From IMG/VR virus record IMGVR_UViG_3300030330_005258, positions 90,578-154,577 of that record: a stretch of DNA of 64,000 nucleotides, one strand, 5' to 3'. How positions within the stretch are numbered: position 1 is the first letter of the stretch; each line of letters starts with the position of its first letter. The position numbers and the translations under genes were made by a program. The notes beneath the pieces were generated by a model. That model saw only the letters and a list, made by a program, of their open reading frames with translations. It did not search any database and was not told where the DNA came from. The stretch is from a virus (Duplodnaviria > Caudoviricetes). Below, piece by piece: positions 11,171 to 21,891 of the stretch.

Positions 11171-14049
11171 TTTTTGAAGGTGATACCACGGAAAGGTTTG
11201 GTGACATATTTCCAAAACCATTTATTGAAGAGATAAGGGTATTTGATAATTTAATAGAAACAGATGTCGGCTTATACTTTGAGACAGAAGAAGGCAAGGA
11301 CGCCGTAACATTCTTAGAAGAAACAGGTCTTTCAAGCCTAAAAATCAATTTACAGTTTGAGCCCGAAGAGCGATTTAATCAATATCTTGATGGTAATCGT
11401 CCATTGAGTACGCTATTGGGCGAAGCCATATCCTCTAGGACTGGGACGCCCGCGCCAAGTTTTTTTGAACAACCGCCCACGCTAGGTGATGATGGTTTTG
11501 CTGACCATGCCTTTTTCTATAACAGCGAAGGTAAAAAATTTATTAAATTTTACATGACAATCCAGAGTGACTCAGCTACAGAAGGTCAATTAGCTGCTGG
11601 ACCTTTGTATTTAACTTGCATGACATTTTTTGGTTCTGTATCACAAATTATAAATAATCCAGAACAGTATAAAGAACAATATTCGGACATAGCTTACGAA
11701 AAAGTATACAACGCCGATGGGACACTAAACGTAGAACGGCAAGAAGTATATCTTGAAGCCGATGGTAATTATTATAGCAAAATTCCGCTTATGTCCCTTG
11801 ACAGAAATTATAGAAAAACAAATATTATTAATAGCCAGCAGGTCGCTTCTAGAATACAATCTGTTATCCAGCCGTTTGTTGGCAGTATAGAGGACGCTGA
11901 TTTAATATCCTCAACAATACAAGAGCACCAAAATAAACCCAAGTTCTTAGTTGCCCTACAGAGAAGAGTCAATAGGTTTGAAAACAAGACAGCAACAACA
12001 GTTGGGGGCAGCCTGTATGGGCAGCTTGTAGACGAGATATCGGCCATAAATAATATACTTCTTGGTTCAGATATTTTACAAAAAAGATTACAATTTAATA
12101 AAATCAAAGACAGAAGAACCGAAAGAGCCCTTGTTGCAAATGAGTCGGATATAACAGCAGCTAACACTGAAGGATTGGCAATACTCTCCAGTATTGATCA
12201 TCTTTTTTTCCCACTTATTCCTTTAATGTATCGAAATTTAGAAACAAATGTGCCAGCTAAAGATTTTGCTTTTCCCGAGGAAGCATATATAGCAAACAAG
12301 GCTTATCTGTTTTTTGATTATGAAAAAGCCCTAAATTATAAATCAAACATATCTGAAATTTTTAACCCGTACAATATTTTAGAACTTTACGGAAAAAATA
12401 GTTTAAATAAACTTTTTCCAGTCCACACAGCAAGATGTCTTTTGTCCAGCACAAGCGGTCAAACAGAGCTAAGATTTTACGACAATTATTATTACCGAAC
12501 CAATCAGGAAGAATTTGGAAGTTATGAATTTGATCATAGAAGTCTAGATGGCAACGCCGTATACTTGCCCTCCTATTCTTATCTTTTTAACGGAGCAGAT
12601 AGGTATACGTTTCTTGAAAAATTTGTTGAGAGAGCTTTTGACACTGGAGATACATTAGGTGACTATCGTTTAAGATGCTATGAATTGGACTACCTCAAGC
12701 AGTATAGCTATGTAAATGATTTTGAAACGTTAGCTTTAAATATCGATATTAGTGACAAAACGATGTCTTTTTATGAAACAGAGATAAGAGCGCCGTTTCA
12801 AATATTAAATGAACAACTGAGCAGATATCTTAGCTTCGCTGAAGAGTTTTGTAGTTATAACAATCTTGATGGAAGATTTAATGATTTTTTCTTAAGTGCT
12901 CTTGAAAATGAATTTTCTGAACCATATCCCTGGGATCGATCGCCGCTTGTGTATTATTCTGTCTTTGCTTTAATTTATGCTTCTTGGAATTTTGACGGCG
13001 ACACACCGACTACAAGAAGAACTGATGGCACCCCTGTGGATCTAGAAGGTATAAAAGATGCCACTTTGGTAAAGATGAAAGAAATATCGCCCGATGCGGG
13101 AGACCTAGAGTCACTTAGAGGCTTTGTTAATAATTTTAACAACTTGTATGAAAACTTTTTAGGTTACAATGGCTTTCTCAACAACACTCTATCATTGTAC
13201 GACCTGACGGGCGACCCGGCAGTTGTTCCAGAAATTGTAAAATCGAATGATTCAATAACAATAAGTTCTGCTCCGTTCGTTGTTAACACTGTATTAATCG
13301 ATACAGATTTAAGTGTTGTTAATCCGTCAACTGATGATCAAGACTTTTATGAATTGACGGCGTTTCGAGGTCCAAGATTGAACAGGAGCAGTGCGAAAGA
13401 TTACGGCGAGATTGAACAAATGATCAAAAATTTTCCTCTTTTATCTGACTATAAAGTTACATTTAAAGTAAATGAAATCTATAGAGGTGTGACTACAAAC
13501 ATCAGGGATGAACGTGAAAAAAGCTTTGTAGATTTTTATGTAGAAAACATCACAGGAGACCATGTAGGAGACATCGCCCCCGGTCCCGACCAAGTGCAAT
13601 CAATGGCTGACCAACTAGAAGAATTAATCTTTCCGCTGTTTATCGATTTTTATCAAACATTATATGATTTAATTCCTGCTGAACTTAGAGAGTATGATGA
13701 CGGACGCACGCAATCTAACGATAACACCGATACTGATGGAATTACGCCCGAAGAACAATGGGCTGCAATGTGGTCAACTATTGAAAATACGGGTGACACA
13801 ATAGAGAGGGAAATGTGCAACAGAAGACAGTACGATAAAATGGGGCGTCGAACCGATCAAGATGCAGAAAACAACATGAGACCCGTAACAAATCGAATCT
13901 TCTTCAATGTTTTGCCCAAAACACTAAAAGAATATTTTGGCGCATTGCTTTATAATTATTATATTTATTCGTATTACATAGATAGAAGAGGCATAAGCCT
14001 TAAAGATTTTATGAATCTTATTCTACCAAACGAGAACAAGGTTTCGTAA
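11158..14049 (+). CDS. Large hypothetical protein, probably structural
   Basis: 963-aa ORF with GGAG SD, translationally coupled, in the structural cluster. No recognisable motif. Confidence 0.55.
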   Translation: MSRLIFEGDTTERFGDIFPKPFIEEIRVFDNLIETDVGLYFETEEGKDAVTFLEETGLSSLKINLQFEPEERFNQYLDGNRPLSTLLGEAISSRTGTPAPSFFEQPPTLGDDGFADHAFFYNSEGKKFIKFYMTIQSDSATEGQLAAGPLYLTCMTFFGSVSQIINNPEQYKEQYSDIAYEKVYNADGTLNVERQEVYLEADGNYYSKIPLMSLDRNYRKTNIINSQQVASRIQSVIQPFVGSIEDADLISSTIQEHQNKPKFLVALQRRVNRFENKTATTVGGSLYGQLVDEISAINNILLGSDILQKRLQFNKIKDRRTERALVANESDITAANTEGLAILSSIDHLFFPLIPLMYRNLETNVPAKDFAFPEEAYIANKAYLFFDYEKALNYKSNISEIFNPYNILELYGKNSLNKLFPVHTARCLLSSTSGQTELRFYDNYYYRTNQEEFGSYEFDHRSLDGNAVYLPSYSYLFNGADRYTFLEKFVERAFDTGDTLGDYRLRCYELDYLKQYSYVNDFETLALNIDISDKTMSFYETEIRAPFQILNEQLSRYLSFAEEFCSYNNLDGRFNDFFLSALENEFSEPYPWDRSPLVYYSVFALIYASWNFDGDTPTTRRTDGTPVDLEGIKDATLVKMKEISPDAGDLESLRGFVNNFNNLYENFLGYNGFLNNTLSLYDLTGDPAVVPEIVKSNDSITISSAPFVVNTVLIDTDLSVVNPSTDDQDFYELTAFRGPRLNRSSAKDYGEIEQMIKNFPLLSDYKVTFKVNEIYRGVTTNIRDEREKSFVDFYVENITGDHVGDIAPGPDQVQSMADQLEELIFPLFIDFYQTLYDLIPAELREYDDGRTQSNDNTDTDGITPEEQWAAMWSTIENTGDTIEREMCNRRQYDKMGRRTDQDAENNMRPVTNRIFFNVLPKTLKEYFGALLYNYYIYSYYIDRRGISLKDFMNLILPNENKVS

Positions 14050-14057
14050 GGAGTACT

Positions 14058-14459
14058 ATGTCTGGCAAAAAAATAAAAAAAGAAAATTTTAAGGGAATAT
14101 CACAAACAAAGATTCGAATGGAACTTGATTTTTTGGAAAAACAAAATACACAAATATTGGGTGATCTTTCAATCGTAGAAATAGATGTAAGTCGGTCATT
14201 TTCTTTTCGACAAACAGCTTTTGATCCTGACTCAATAGAAAATCCAAACATTGTCGAAACAGAATTTTCAGAATTGAAAAATAATTTGACAAAAGTATCA
14301 GACAAATTTGATGAAATAGAAGATCCATTTTTTGACTTGGACGATGCCCGAGAATCTATTTCAAAAAGAAAAATTATGAAACAGAATAATTTAAAAAACC
14401 TTGCCCGGAGAATCAGCAGCACTGGCAATAAAGCAGGCAAGAGGGGTAACTACAAATGA
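14058..14459 (+). CDS. Hypothetical protein
   Basis: 133-aa ORF with AAGGAG SD; AT-rich. Confidence 0.6.
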   Translation: MSGKKIKKENFKGISQTKIRMELDFLEKQNTQILGDLSIVEIDVSRSFSFRQTAFDPDSIENPNIVETEFSELKNNLTKVSDKFDEIEDPFFDLDDARESISKRKIMKQNNLKNLARRISSTGNKAGKRGNYK

Positions 14460-15076
14460 GTTTTAAATTTAGTATTGAAGCAGGTATCGCGCTTTTATCA
14501 ACCTATAATAAAATTGATGGTCGCTTTGTTAAATTTTTGCGTTCAATACCAAAAAATGAAAATGAAAGATTTTTTGATACCTACCCCCTGTCTAATTTTT
14601 CTATTATATCTGACGAAGATATAGATAGATTGCTTTTTTCAATTACGAAGGTAGACAGTAGAAATCTTGATGGACAATTGATATCGGAATACTATACTTT
14701 TGAGGATGCCGACGTGGAAGGAAATACGATTCAAAATTATAGTCCCAACGAAATTGAATTTTTCAGATCTCGATACGCCCCAGCACAGCCTGAAATTCAG
14801 GTTGACTTAACCCCTCCAGCCGGCAATTTTAATTCATCACAAGCTGTGATTGAAAATAACGGAATGCAATATAATTCTTTATCATCTCTTGGCGAGTTTG
14901 CCCAAGAAGATTTTATAGTTACTGCAACTACAGGTTCGGCGACAGAACTAATTACAACTGCTACAGAGCAAATTTCTGATGTGGGTGGAACAATTTCTAG
15001 AGATAGAACAATAGAAAGCCAGGACGTGCGCGTCGGCGGCAGCACTACCCAAACTGTAACAACTAGCGGATATTAA
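14456..15076 (+). CDS. Hypothetical protein, Thr-rich C-terminus
   Basis: 206-aa ORF with ATGA overlap. Confidence 0.6.
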   Translation: MSFKFSIEAGIALLSTYNKIDGRFVKFLRSIPKNENERFFDTYPLSNFSIISDEDIDRLLFSITKVDSRNLDGQLISEYYTFEDADVEGNTIQNYSPNEIEFFRSRYAPAQPEIQVDLTPPAGNFNSSQAVIENNGMQYNSLSSLGEFAQEDFIVTATTGSATELITTATEQISDVGGTISRDRTIESQDVRVGGSTTQTVTTSGY

Positions 15077-15077
15077 A

Positions 15078-18000
15078 ATGTCATTAAAAGATACAAGAAT
15101 AATAGACTTAAATCTTTTCTCAGGTTCGTCAGAACTAATGAGACAGGCTCTGGGCGGTTATTACTATGATTCTGGCGCGGGAAAGATAGAATTTAAACCA
15201 GTAGGCTTTGATTCTGTGGCACAAATAGAGGAATTCATCCCCTCCGAGCAAAGCATTGCCACTGATTCAATTTTACCAAAAATATCATACGTTTCGAGAA
15301 TTGTATTTAATGAGGCGGATACTGATATAGTTTCCGATGAAAATTGGAAAATATTTATAATAGGCGGCGAGTTCGGAGATAAAACATACCCTGGGATCTA
15401 TAATGAAAATATTTACCCTGACCACTTTAATTCATCTTCGTTGCCCTTGCTACCTAGAGAATTGGTCAATACTAATCAACAACCTTCTCTTACATTAACA
15501 ACAGAATATTTTAATTATTACCCAAGGTATCAAGCCGAAGTAGCTAACCAACAATCGGCACTAATGGCGCCAAACTATTACATGTTGCCCCATGATTTTC
15601 TTAGCAAATCAACCGATACTAATTCGTGTATAGCAGAAACAACATTCCCTCAAATCAGTAATTTTTTGACAAATTCTTATGTTAATTCAACAAAGACTTA
15701 CGATTCGGCGTTAGAAAATATTTTTATTCCTGAACCAACTGGTCTTAGTGACGAGCACAATCTTGACAAAGGGGATGATTTAAAGCCTGAACACATGGAT
15801 TCTGATTTGCAAAAGAAATATTCTTTAATGCCATTCGGCAACAAATTAATAATAGATCCAGATCTCGCTACCACTCAAACAAGCTATAGAGATATAATAG
15901 AGTCAAATAACTATGAAATCAAACTACTAAAGCTTTTAAAAGAAACTTTTCAAGGGGAGTCCTCTTTGCAGACAGCAAACGTCAACTTTGCTGTCAACAC
16001 AAAGGCAGAGATCAGCACGGGCACAGCGACCGGCTTGGTTGAATCCACAGCTACAGTGCCAGTAAAAATAGTCGATGCCCCAACAATGCTCCTATATGCA
16101 GCAAGAAATCCAATTTCTGAAACAAACAACATAACAGTTTATGATTCTAGCTCATATTCATCTACCATGGATTATGTTTTTGATACTACTGGTATCTACA
16201 GATTTGAAAATACTGAAGCAAGCTATGCAGTGTTGAACGATTTTATAAAAGAAATAAAAACAAAATTCCCAGGAGAGCCTGCCACTTATCCAATGGGAAA
16301 CTTTTTAAATCAAGCAAGGCTAGAAAAGTATCACGAAACCCTGGCGTTCAGAATTGAAAAAATAGGTGGTGGACCCACTGGAGATTCTAACACCGAGAAC
16401 ACCATACAAAATATTTGGTTTTATAACGTCAACGGACTTATAACATACCTCGATACCCAAGTAAAATATGATACTGAATATACGTACAAAATTTACAAAT
16501 ACGACATTGTTCAGGGCTACAAGTATCAACTTTCAGATATTGTAACAACTAGACAAATAGCGACAACAACTTCTGGAGAGACCAATGTATATTGTTTAGA
16601 GTTTTACGATCCGTTCACAGGTCAGGCAAGCGAACAGTTGCTTGAAGATAATAGAACCACTGCCGAATTGATAGCGCTATCAAGCTCTTTGGAAAGTGAG
16701 CGGCTGACTATAGATGGGCAACTTGTTTCTATTTTAAACAATCTTCAGTCCGCTAAAAACTCAGCAATACAACTTTACTATGAGCCTACAACAGTCTCCC
16801 CATACGGCATTGGAACTGATTATCTAAAGCCTGACGGATCTCCGGCAGAACCGCGTTTTTATACTAAATTCATAAATTTTTACGAGGGCATCTTTGGACC
16901 AAAAAGTGGCTTTCCCAAGCCGTTATTAGAGCCTGAATTGTCTTCATATTTTGAAAAAATTAAAAATTATGTTGATGATAGGCTAGCCGGCGAGGAGGGC
17001 ACCAAACAGGATATCGAAACAGAAGCTCAATCTTTTGAAGACGTTCTTATTGAAGCCAATAATCAGGGAATTCTGACACAAGTTTTAGATACGATACAGC
17101 TTACTGTGTCTGCTCTCATTGAAACAGTGCTAAGAGATTTTGAAAATTATAACATAAAATTACGAACAGAACTGGTGCCAATTCAAGAACAATTATCCGA
17201 AGTCCAAATTCAATTAGATGTTGGCGTTGGCTCTTTGCGAACCAATGCACAAATAAACTCATCTTACTCACGACTGGCTGATTTCAAAATCTCTATTGAG
17301 CCATCACTTAAAATAATAGAAATTCCCCTTGAAGAGAAGCGTATGCGGATTGTTGATCACCCTCCAAATGATTTTGTTATAACACCACACCACCTTCTTG
17401 ATCAATCAAACAGGCTGGCTTTTTATTGTAAATATGATACGTTTTCAATGTATAGCGCCACATACCCACCCGTAATTACGCCCCGTGACCAACAAAACAA
17501 ATCTGCATACTTGGTTGGTAATGATTTTATTCAAACATCAGAACAAACGCAGGAGTCCGTGTCCCGCCCCAGGTTTATTGAAGTGTATAGGACAATGACT
17601 AAGCCGACTAGCTATAGAAACTTCGCTGGCGCCCTTCGCAAAACAATTGATCTCAGGCAATCAAACGGGGATATACCTACCGATCATCTGTTTGTTGAGC
17701 GAGTCCGTGAGAACACAAAATATTACTATACTTTCCGCGCCCTTAATGAAAACGGGGTTGCTGGTCAATTAAGCCCGGTATTTGAGGCAGAACTCATTAA
17801 CGACGGTGGGTATGTATATGGGGCGTTTGAGCAATTCTCGGAAGAAGATTTAGCTGTGCCACCACCTAAAGAGCCCCTGTTGGGTTTGAAAAAGTTGTTA
17901 AACATTATACCAAATATTCAACACTTGCAACTAGATACTAGCACAGCTACTTTTGCTAGCTCCTCAATAAGCCAAATACCACAAATATCTCTTGGCTCCA

Positions 18001-18107
18001 ATGCCGAAGATACACTTTGGGATGATGATAAGTATTATAAAATAAGATTAACATCAAAGAAGACAGGCAAGAAGATAGATTTGAACATCAGCTTCAAAAA
18101 GGAATAG
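15078..18107 (+). CDS. Large structural protein with FN3-like segments and a central helical/coiled-coil insert
   Basis: YLDTQVKYDTEYTYKIY and NTKYYYTFRALNENG are FN3-like patterns. Heptad-like Leu/Ile-rich stretch at about aa 530-720. Confidence 0.55.
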   Translation: MSLKDTRIIDLNLFSGSSELMRQALGGYYYDSGAGKIEFKPVGFDSVAQIEEFIPSEQSIATDSILPKISYVSRIVFNEADTDIVSDENWKIFIIGGEFGDKTYPGIYNENIYPDHFNSSSLPLLPRELVNTNQQPSLTLTTEYFNYYPRYQAEVANQQSALMAPNYYMLPHDFLSKSTDTNSCIAETTFPQISNFLTNSYVNSTKTYDSALENIFIPEPTGLSDEHNLDKGDDLKPEHMDSDLQKKYSLMPFGNKLIIDPDLATTQTSYRDIIESNNYEIKLLKLLKETFQGESSLQTANVNFAVNTKAEISTGTATGLVESTATVPVKIVDAPTMLLYAARNPISETNNITVYDSSSYSSTMDYVFDTTGIYRFENTEASYAVLNDFIKEIKTKFPGEPATYPMGNFLNQARLEKYHETLAFRIEKIGGGPTGDSNTENTIQNIWFYNVNGLITYLDTQVKYDTEYTYKIYKYDIVQGYKYQLSDIVTTRQIATTTSGETNVYCLEFYDPFTGQASEQLLEDNRTTAELIALSSSLESERLTIDGQLVSILNNLQSAKNSAIQLYYEPTTVSPYGIGTDYLKPDGSPAEPRFYTKFINFYEGIFGPKSGFPKPLLEPELSSYFEKIKNYVDDRLAGEEGTKQDIETEAQSFEDVLIEANNQGILTQVLDTIQLTVSALIETVLRDFENYNIKLRTELVPIQEQLSEVQIQLDVGVGSLRTNAQINSSYSRLADFKISIEPSLKIIEIPLEEKRMRIVDHPPNDFVITPHHLLDQSNRLAFYCKYDTFSMYSATYPPVITPRDQQNKSAYLVGNDFIQTSEQTQESVSRPRFIEVYRTMTKPTSYRNFAGALRKTIDLRQSNGDIPTDHLFVERVRENTKYYYTFRALNENGVAGQLSPVFEAELINDGGYVYGAFEQFSEEDLAVPPPKEPLLGLKKLLNIIPNIQHLQLDTSTATFASSSISQIPQISLGSNAEDTLWDDDKYYKIRLTSKKTGKKIDLNISFKKE

Positions 18108-18125
18108 CGGAAATAAATTTAACTC

Positions 18126-18133
18126 ACTATTTA
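18126..18133 (+). promoter_or_regulatory. Putative late-promoter box ACTATTTA
   Basis: Exact copy of a motif recurring in most intergenic gaps; 26 nt before the ATG at 18152. Confidence 0.65.
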
Positions 18134-18151
18134 TGTGAGAGAGGAAAATAA

Positions 18152-19159
18152 ATGGGATTTTTAGATAACTCTGGCGACATCATACTTGACGCCGTATTGA
18201 CAGATTTGGGAAGAAAAAGAATGGCAGACGGTAATTTTCGGATTACCAAGTTCGCGTTAGGAGACGATGAGATTGATTACTCTCTATATAACGCCAATCA
18301 TCCTTCTGGTTCTGCATATTACGACCTTGAAATTTTGCAATCACCCATTATGGAAGCGCCTACTAGAATTCCGTCCGCAATAAAATATGGTCTCTTAAGT
18401 ATTACAAGAACTGACTTGGTTTACATGCCAGTTCTCAAAGTCAATGAGAAGACCGACTCGTCTCTTGTCAAGACTAATGGTGTATATTATCTAGCCGTTA
18501 ATGCAGCTACTCACGAAAACCTCCTTGCCAACAACGCCAATAGTTCTCAAAAATTCTTGGAACCCAACACGCTAAGCCCCTCCAAGGTATTGTTAATAGA
18601 AACTGGTCTTGATACAGATGAAAGAACTGCAACACTAGAAAACAGAAACGCCGCTATCGTACAAACAGGCTTGCTTGATCTAAACTTCGAAGTTAAATTC
18701 GACAATAGGTTTGTTGCTGGGATTATGTCTCTAGCCGGTGGTAAGTTCGCAAACACCTCTGACAATACCAGCGATTTAAAGTTGGATAATTTTGCTGCTC
18801 GTACCGCTGTATCATCTATAGATTTTATTGAGAATTACTCTACTGCAATGGCTGTCGGGATTGCAAACGAAGTTGCAAAACGTGGCGATCGAGCCGATGG
18901 TAACAATATATCTGCTTTTACCGGTCCTCGTGGCTCTGTTACAGCCATGACATTCATGCCAAGCCTTGAGATTAATGCAGAGGGGGCGACCTCGCCGACT
19001 TATTATACATTATATGGCACAACTGGCGCTTCTGCTTCTTCGTTAAGCCTTGCCGGTTCAGACAATTATGATTTTATTGACACAACAGTTTATGTCAAGG
19101 GCACGGCAAGCGGAACTCAATTACAAATCCCACTAAGACTAATTAGACTACAAGGTTAA
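18152..19159 (+). CDS. Baseplate/tail-collar structural protein (DUF3751 N-half-like)
   Basis: LTDLGRKRMADG..RITKFALGDD resembles the LT..G......G..ITxxAxGD start of tail-collar fibre domains. GAGG SD. Confidence 0.55.
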   Translation: MGFLDNSGDIILDAVLTDLGRKRMADGNFRITKFALGDDEIDYSLYNANHPSGSAYYDLEILQSPIMEAPTRIPSAIKYGLLSITRTDLVYMPVLKVNEKTDSSLVKTNGVYYLAVNAATHENLLANNANSSQKFLEPNTLSPSKVLLIETGLDTDERTATLENRNAAIVQTGLLDLNFEVKFDNRFVAGIMSLAGGKFANTSDNTSDLKLDNFAARTAVSSIDFIENYSTAMAVGIANEVAKRGDRADGNNISAFTGPRGSVTAMTFMPSLEINAEGATSPTYYTLYGTTGASASSLSLAGSDNYDFIDTTVYVKGTASGTQLQIPLRLIRLQG

Positions 19160-19170
19160 CGGAGAAATTA

Positions 19171-20226
19171 ATGCCTATCTATTACGAACCAATTAATGGA
19201 CAAACAGACGTAGCGACCACAAGAACGTTATTGCACGAGGTTATTCCGCTAACAGGAACAATAGTCAGCGGAACCTATGGCACGTTCCCCAATGAAGAAA
19301 ACATTAAGAACTATTCACATGGACAATTTCAGACAGTCTACGATTATCCATTTTTAAGTTCATCTGCCAATCACATCTTTGATTTGTCTGTGGGGTATGA
19401 CGAAAGCTCGGGCTACTCTGGTTCTGCGAGTCGAGTACAACAAAGAAAAAAAATTAATATGTACAACCAAATGTCTCAAGTTCTCTTGGGATATACTGGG
19501 TCCGCTAACACCGTTAGAAAGTTCGAATCTGATTTAACTCTCGACGGCTCAAATGCAATGAACGAAGTCTTCTTCGTGAACTTTTCGCGACTAATATCCA
19601 AGGATCAAGTTAAAAAGGGCTCGGTATCAGTCACGCTTTTGACGGGCGCCTATTCCGCAGGCACAGCCTCTGGCGGGACAATAACTTATTCTGATTCCAA
19701 TGCTTCTGACACTGGCGGCACACTCAATACTGTCGGCGGTGATTATGGTGTTTTGCTAGACAAATCTGTTACACCCGCCTTAACTGGTGGCATCGTGTTT
19801 TACCAAGCAGGCATTATGGTCCTTACGGCATCTGCATTTAGTAGCTCGGTCGGTCTTGCTTCAAACTTTTTTGAGAATGAAAGCGTACCGGCGGTAATCA
19901 CAGGCTCTGCTATTTCTGGCGCTTGTGATGCGCTAAGACAAAGAATACAAAATATCCAGTTCAATAACACAACTGAAATTAACTCAACAGTATATTTCTG
20001 TCGCGCACCGCATAACAAGTTTAACTATTCTAGTAACCCAACTTATCTAAGCTCAAGCTCAATTAGAGTTAAGAATAATGTTCGTGCAAATCCGCCAATA
20101 TCTTATATCACAACCATCGGGCTTTACAATTCACAAAATGAGCTTCTTGCGGTAGCTAAGCTTTCAGAGCCCCTACGCAAAGATCCAACAAACGAGCTAA
20201 CTCTCCGCGTCCGGCTGGACTACTAA
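19171..20226 (+). CDS. Baseplate/tail-collar structural protein (DUF3751 C-half-like)
   Basis: C-terminal YITTIGLYNSQNELLAVAKLSEPLRK...VRLDY; paralogue of the next gene. Confidence 0.6.
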   Translation: MPIYYEPINGQTDVATTRTLLHEVIPLTGTIVSGTYGTFPNEENIKNYSHGQFQTVYDYPFLSSSANHIFDLSVGYDESSGYSGSASRVQQRKKINMYNQMSQVLLGYTGSANTVRKFESDLTLDGSNAMNEVFFVNFSRLISKDQVKKGSVSVTLLTGAYSAGTASGGTITYSDSNASDTGGTLNTVGGDYGVLLDKSVTPALTGGIVFYQAGIMVLTASAFSSSVGLASNFFENESVPAVITGSAISGACDALRQRIQNIQFNNTTEINSTVYFCRAPHNKFNYSSNPTYLSSSSIRVKNNVRANPPISYITTIGLYNSQNELLAVAKLSEPLRKDPTNELTLRVRLDY

Positions 20227-20236
20227 GGAGGGCAAG

Positions 20237-21550
20237 ATGTCCCTCAAGAAGTTTGGACAAAGTGATATAATAAGAAATGGGTTGAGGGCTTATCCTCACA
20301 ACTCATTTTTTATATATTCCTCTTCAGTCTACTATGGTCACAGACCAATAGAAGCAGGGAAGTTCAATAATGACATATTGTCTGCCTCCGGTGGCATTAG
20401 CTTGTTTGAGTATAATGTTGATAGGGCTGGCAACACAACGATAGATAATGATAGCAATATTGGCACCGATGGAGCTAACACTCCCATAATCCCATATACC
20501 GCCGGTCGAGGCAATAGTTCTTTAAGTTACCTAAAAGCTACTCCACGAAGTAGAACATTGACCGAAGGTCCGCATCTTTCTTTTGAAATAACAGCATCGG
20601 GTCCAATGCAAGAGGTCGCAGATGTAATAGTTGTGTCAGAAAACGTCGTATTTACCGGCTCGTCTTATCCTATGTCTGCCTCTATTATCAGAGAATTTAT
20701 GACAACGGCAGGCTCTACTGGTTCATTAACTGATGTCGCAAGACCGGCTAATAGGCACTACTATGGTCTTCGCAATTCTTTAAACTTTTATGGCACGCGG
20801 TCGCCTCATTATTTTGTAGAATTCTCAGCATCTAACATAGGTGCCTGGAACAAAGATGAACAAGATATCAATCTTATATCAATACCAAAAATATTTTATG
20901 GTTCTCGCATAAAGCCGGGCTCTATGTCTCTAAAGTTTTACATCACTGGTACTTTAGTCGGCGAACTTAAAGACGAAAAATACAATGGCGAATTGATACA
21001 AGTAGGACCGGTCGGCTCTACTGGATCCGGTTCTGTGGCTGGTGTTGCGATGTATGAAGAGGGCTTCGCTTTGCTAACAGCAAGCTGGAATCTAACATCA
21101 GAAGCATTTGATTTTGGCGAGTCTGTGAATAAAACTGGGTCGTGGACTTATTTTGCTGCTGGCGCCAAAGATGGCAGAGAGGTCTCAACATCTGCATCCT
21201 TTGATTTATCTTTCAAGGGTCACACCGAGACTCAAATCTTAACCATGTATGCCCACGCCCACAGAGGCGAAGTAAATTATTCTAACAATCCCACGTTTTT
21301 AGAATACGGACAAGATAAAATATTTTTAACATCGTCTAACATTTACATCGAAAATGACAAGCAAACAATTAAAAATACAGTATCTTCAAGTTACGAAGGG
21401 CACAATTCTGCGTTCGAAAGGCAGGTCTATGTCTCGCGTGTTGCAATCTACGATGACAATAAAAAACTTATCGGTGTCGCCACACTCTCAAGCCCAGTGC
21501 TCAAGAAAGAAGCACAAGACTTATCATTCAAACTAAAGTTGGATATATAG
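20237..21550 (+). CDS. Baseplate/tail-collar structural protein, paralogue of 19171..20226
   Basis: Shares NYS.NPT and C-terminal YVSRVAIYDDNKKLIGVATLSSPVLK...LKLDI with the upstream gene. AAGGAGG SD. Confidence 0.6.
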   Translation: MSLKKFGQSDIIRNGLRAYPHNSFFIYSSSVYYGHRPIEAGKFNNDILSASGGISLFEYNVDRAGNTTIDNDSNIGTDGANTPIIPYTAGRGNSSLSYLKATPRSRTLTEGPHLSFEITASGPMQEVADVIVVSENVVFTGSSYPMSASIIREFMTTAGSTGSLTDVARPANRHYYGLRNSLNFYGTRSPHYFVEFSASNIGAWNKDEQDINLISIPKIFYGSRIKPGSMSLKFYITGTLVGELKDEKYNGELIQVGPVGSTGSGSVAGVAMYEEGFALLTASWNLTSEAFDFGESVNKTGSWTYFAAGAKDGREVSTSASFDLSFKGHTETQILTMYAHAHRGEVNYSNNPTFLEYGQDKIFLTSSNIYIENDKQTIKNTVSSSYEGHNSAFERQVYVSRVAIYDDNKKLIGVATLSSPVLKKEAQDLSFKLKLDI

Positions 21551-21891
21551 TGAAACCAATCCTGATTGTATCTCCTTGGTTTACCAAGCTTGTATCTGTT
21601 GTGATAGACGTGTACGCCATCACTTTGTTTCCGTTTATTATTTCGAAAGAACCCATGGGTCCAGAGACCCTCAACCACGAAACCATACACATCAAGCAGC
21701 AGGCAGAATTGTTTGTAATTTTCTTCTATCTGTTGTATGTAGCGTATTACTTTATCGGCTTGGTCAAATATAAAGATAAACAAAAGGCATACTACATGAT
21801 ACCATTTGAGCAAGAAGCTTACGAGTACGACAATCAACTCGATTATCTACAAACACGTAAGCCTTACTCATGGACAAAGTATAAGGTATGA
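21550..21891 (+). CDS. Small HExxH zincin-like membrane-associated protein
   Basis: NHETIHIKQ (HExxH), a hydrophobic helix and a downstream FEQEAY third-ligand-like motif. GTG start overlapping the upstream stop. Confidence 0.6.
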   Translation: MKPILIVSPWFTKLVSVVIDVYAITLFPFIISKEPMGPETLNHETIHIKQQAELFVIFFYLLYVAYYFIGLVKYKDKQKAYYMIPFEQEAYEYDNQLDYLQTRKPYSWTKYKV

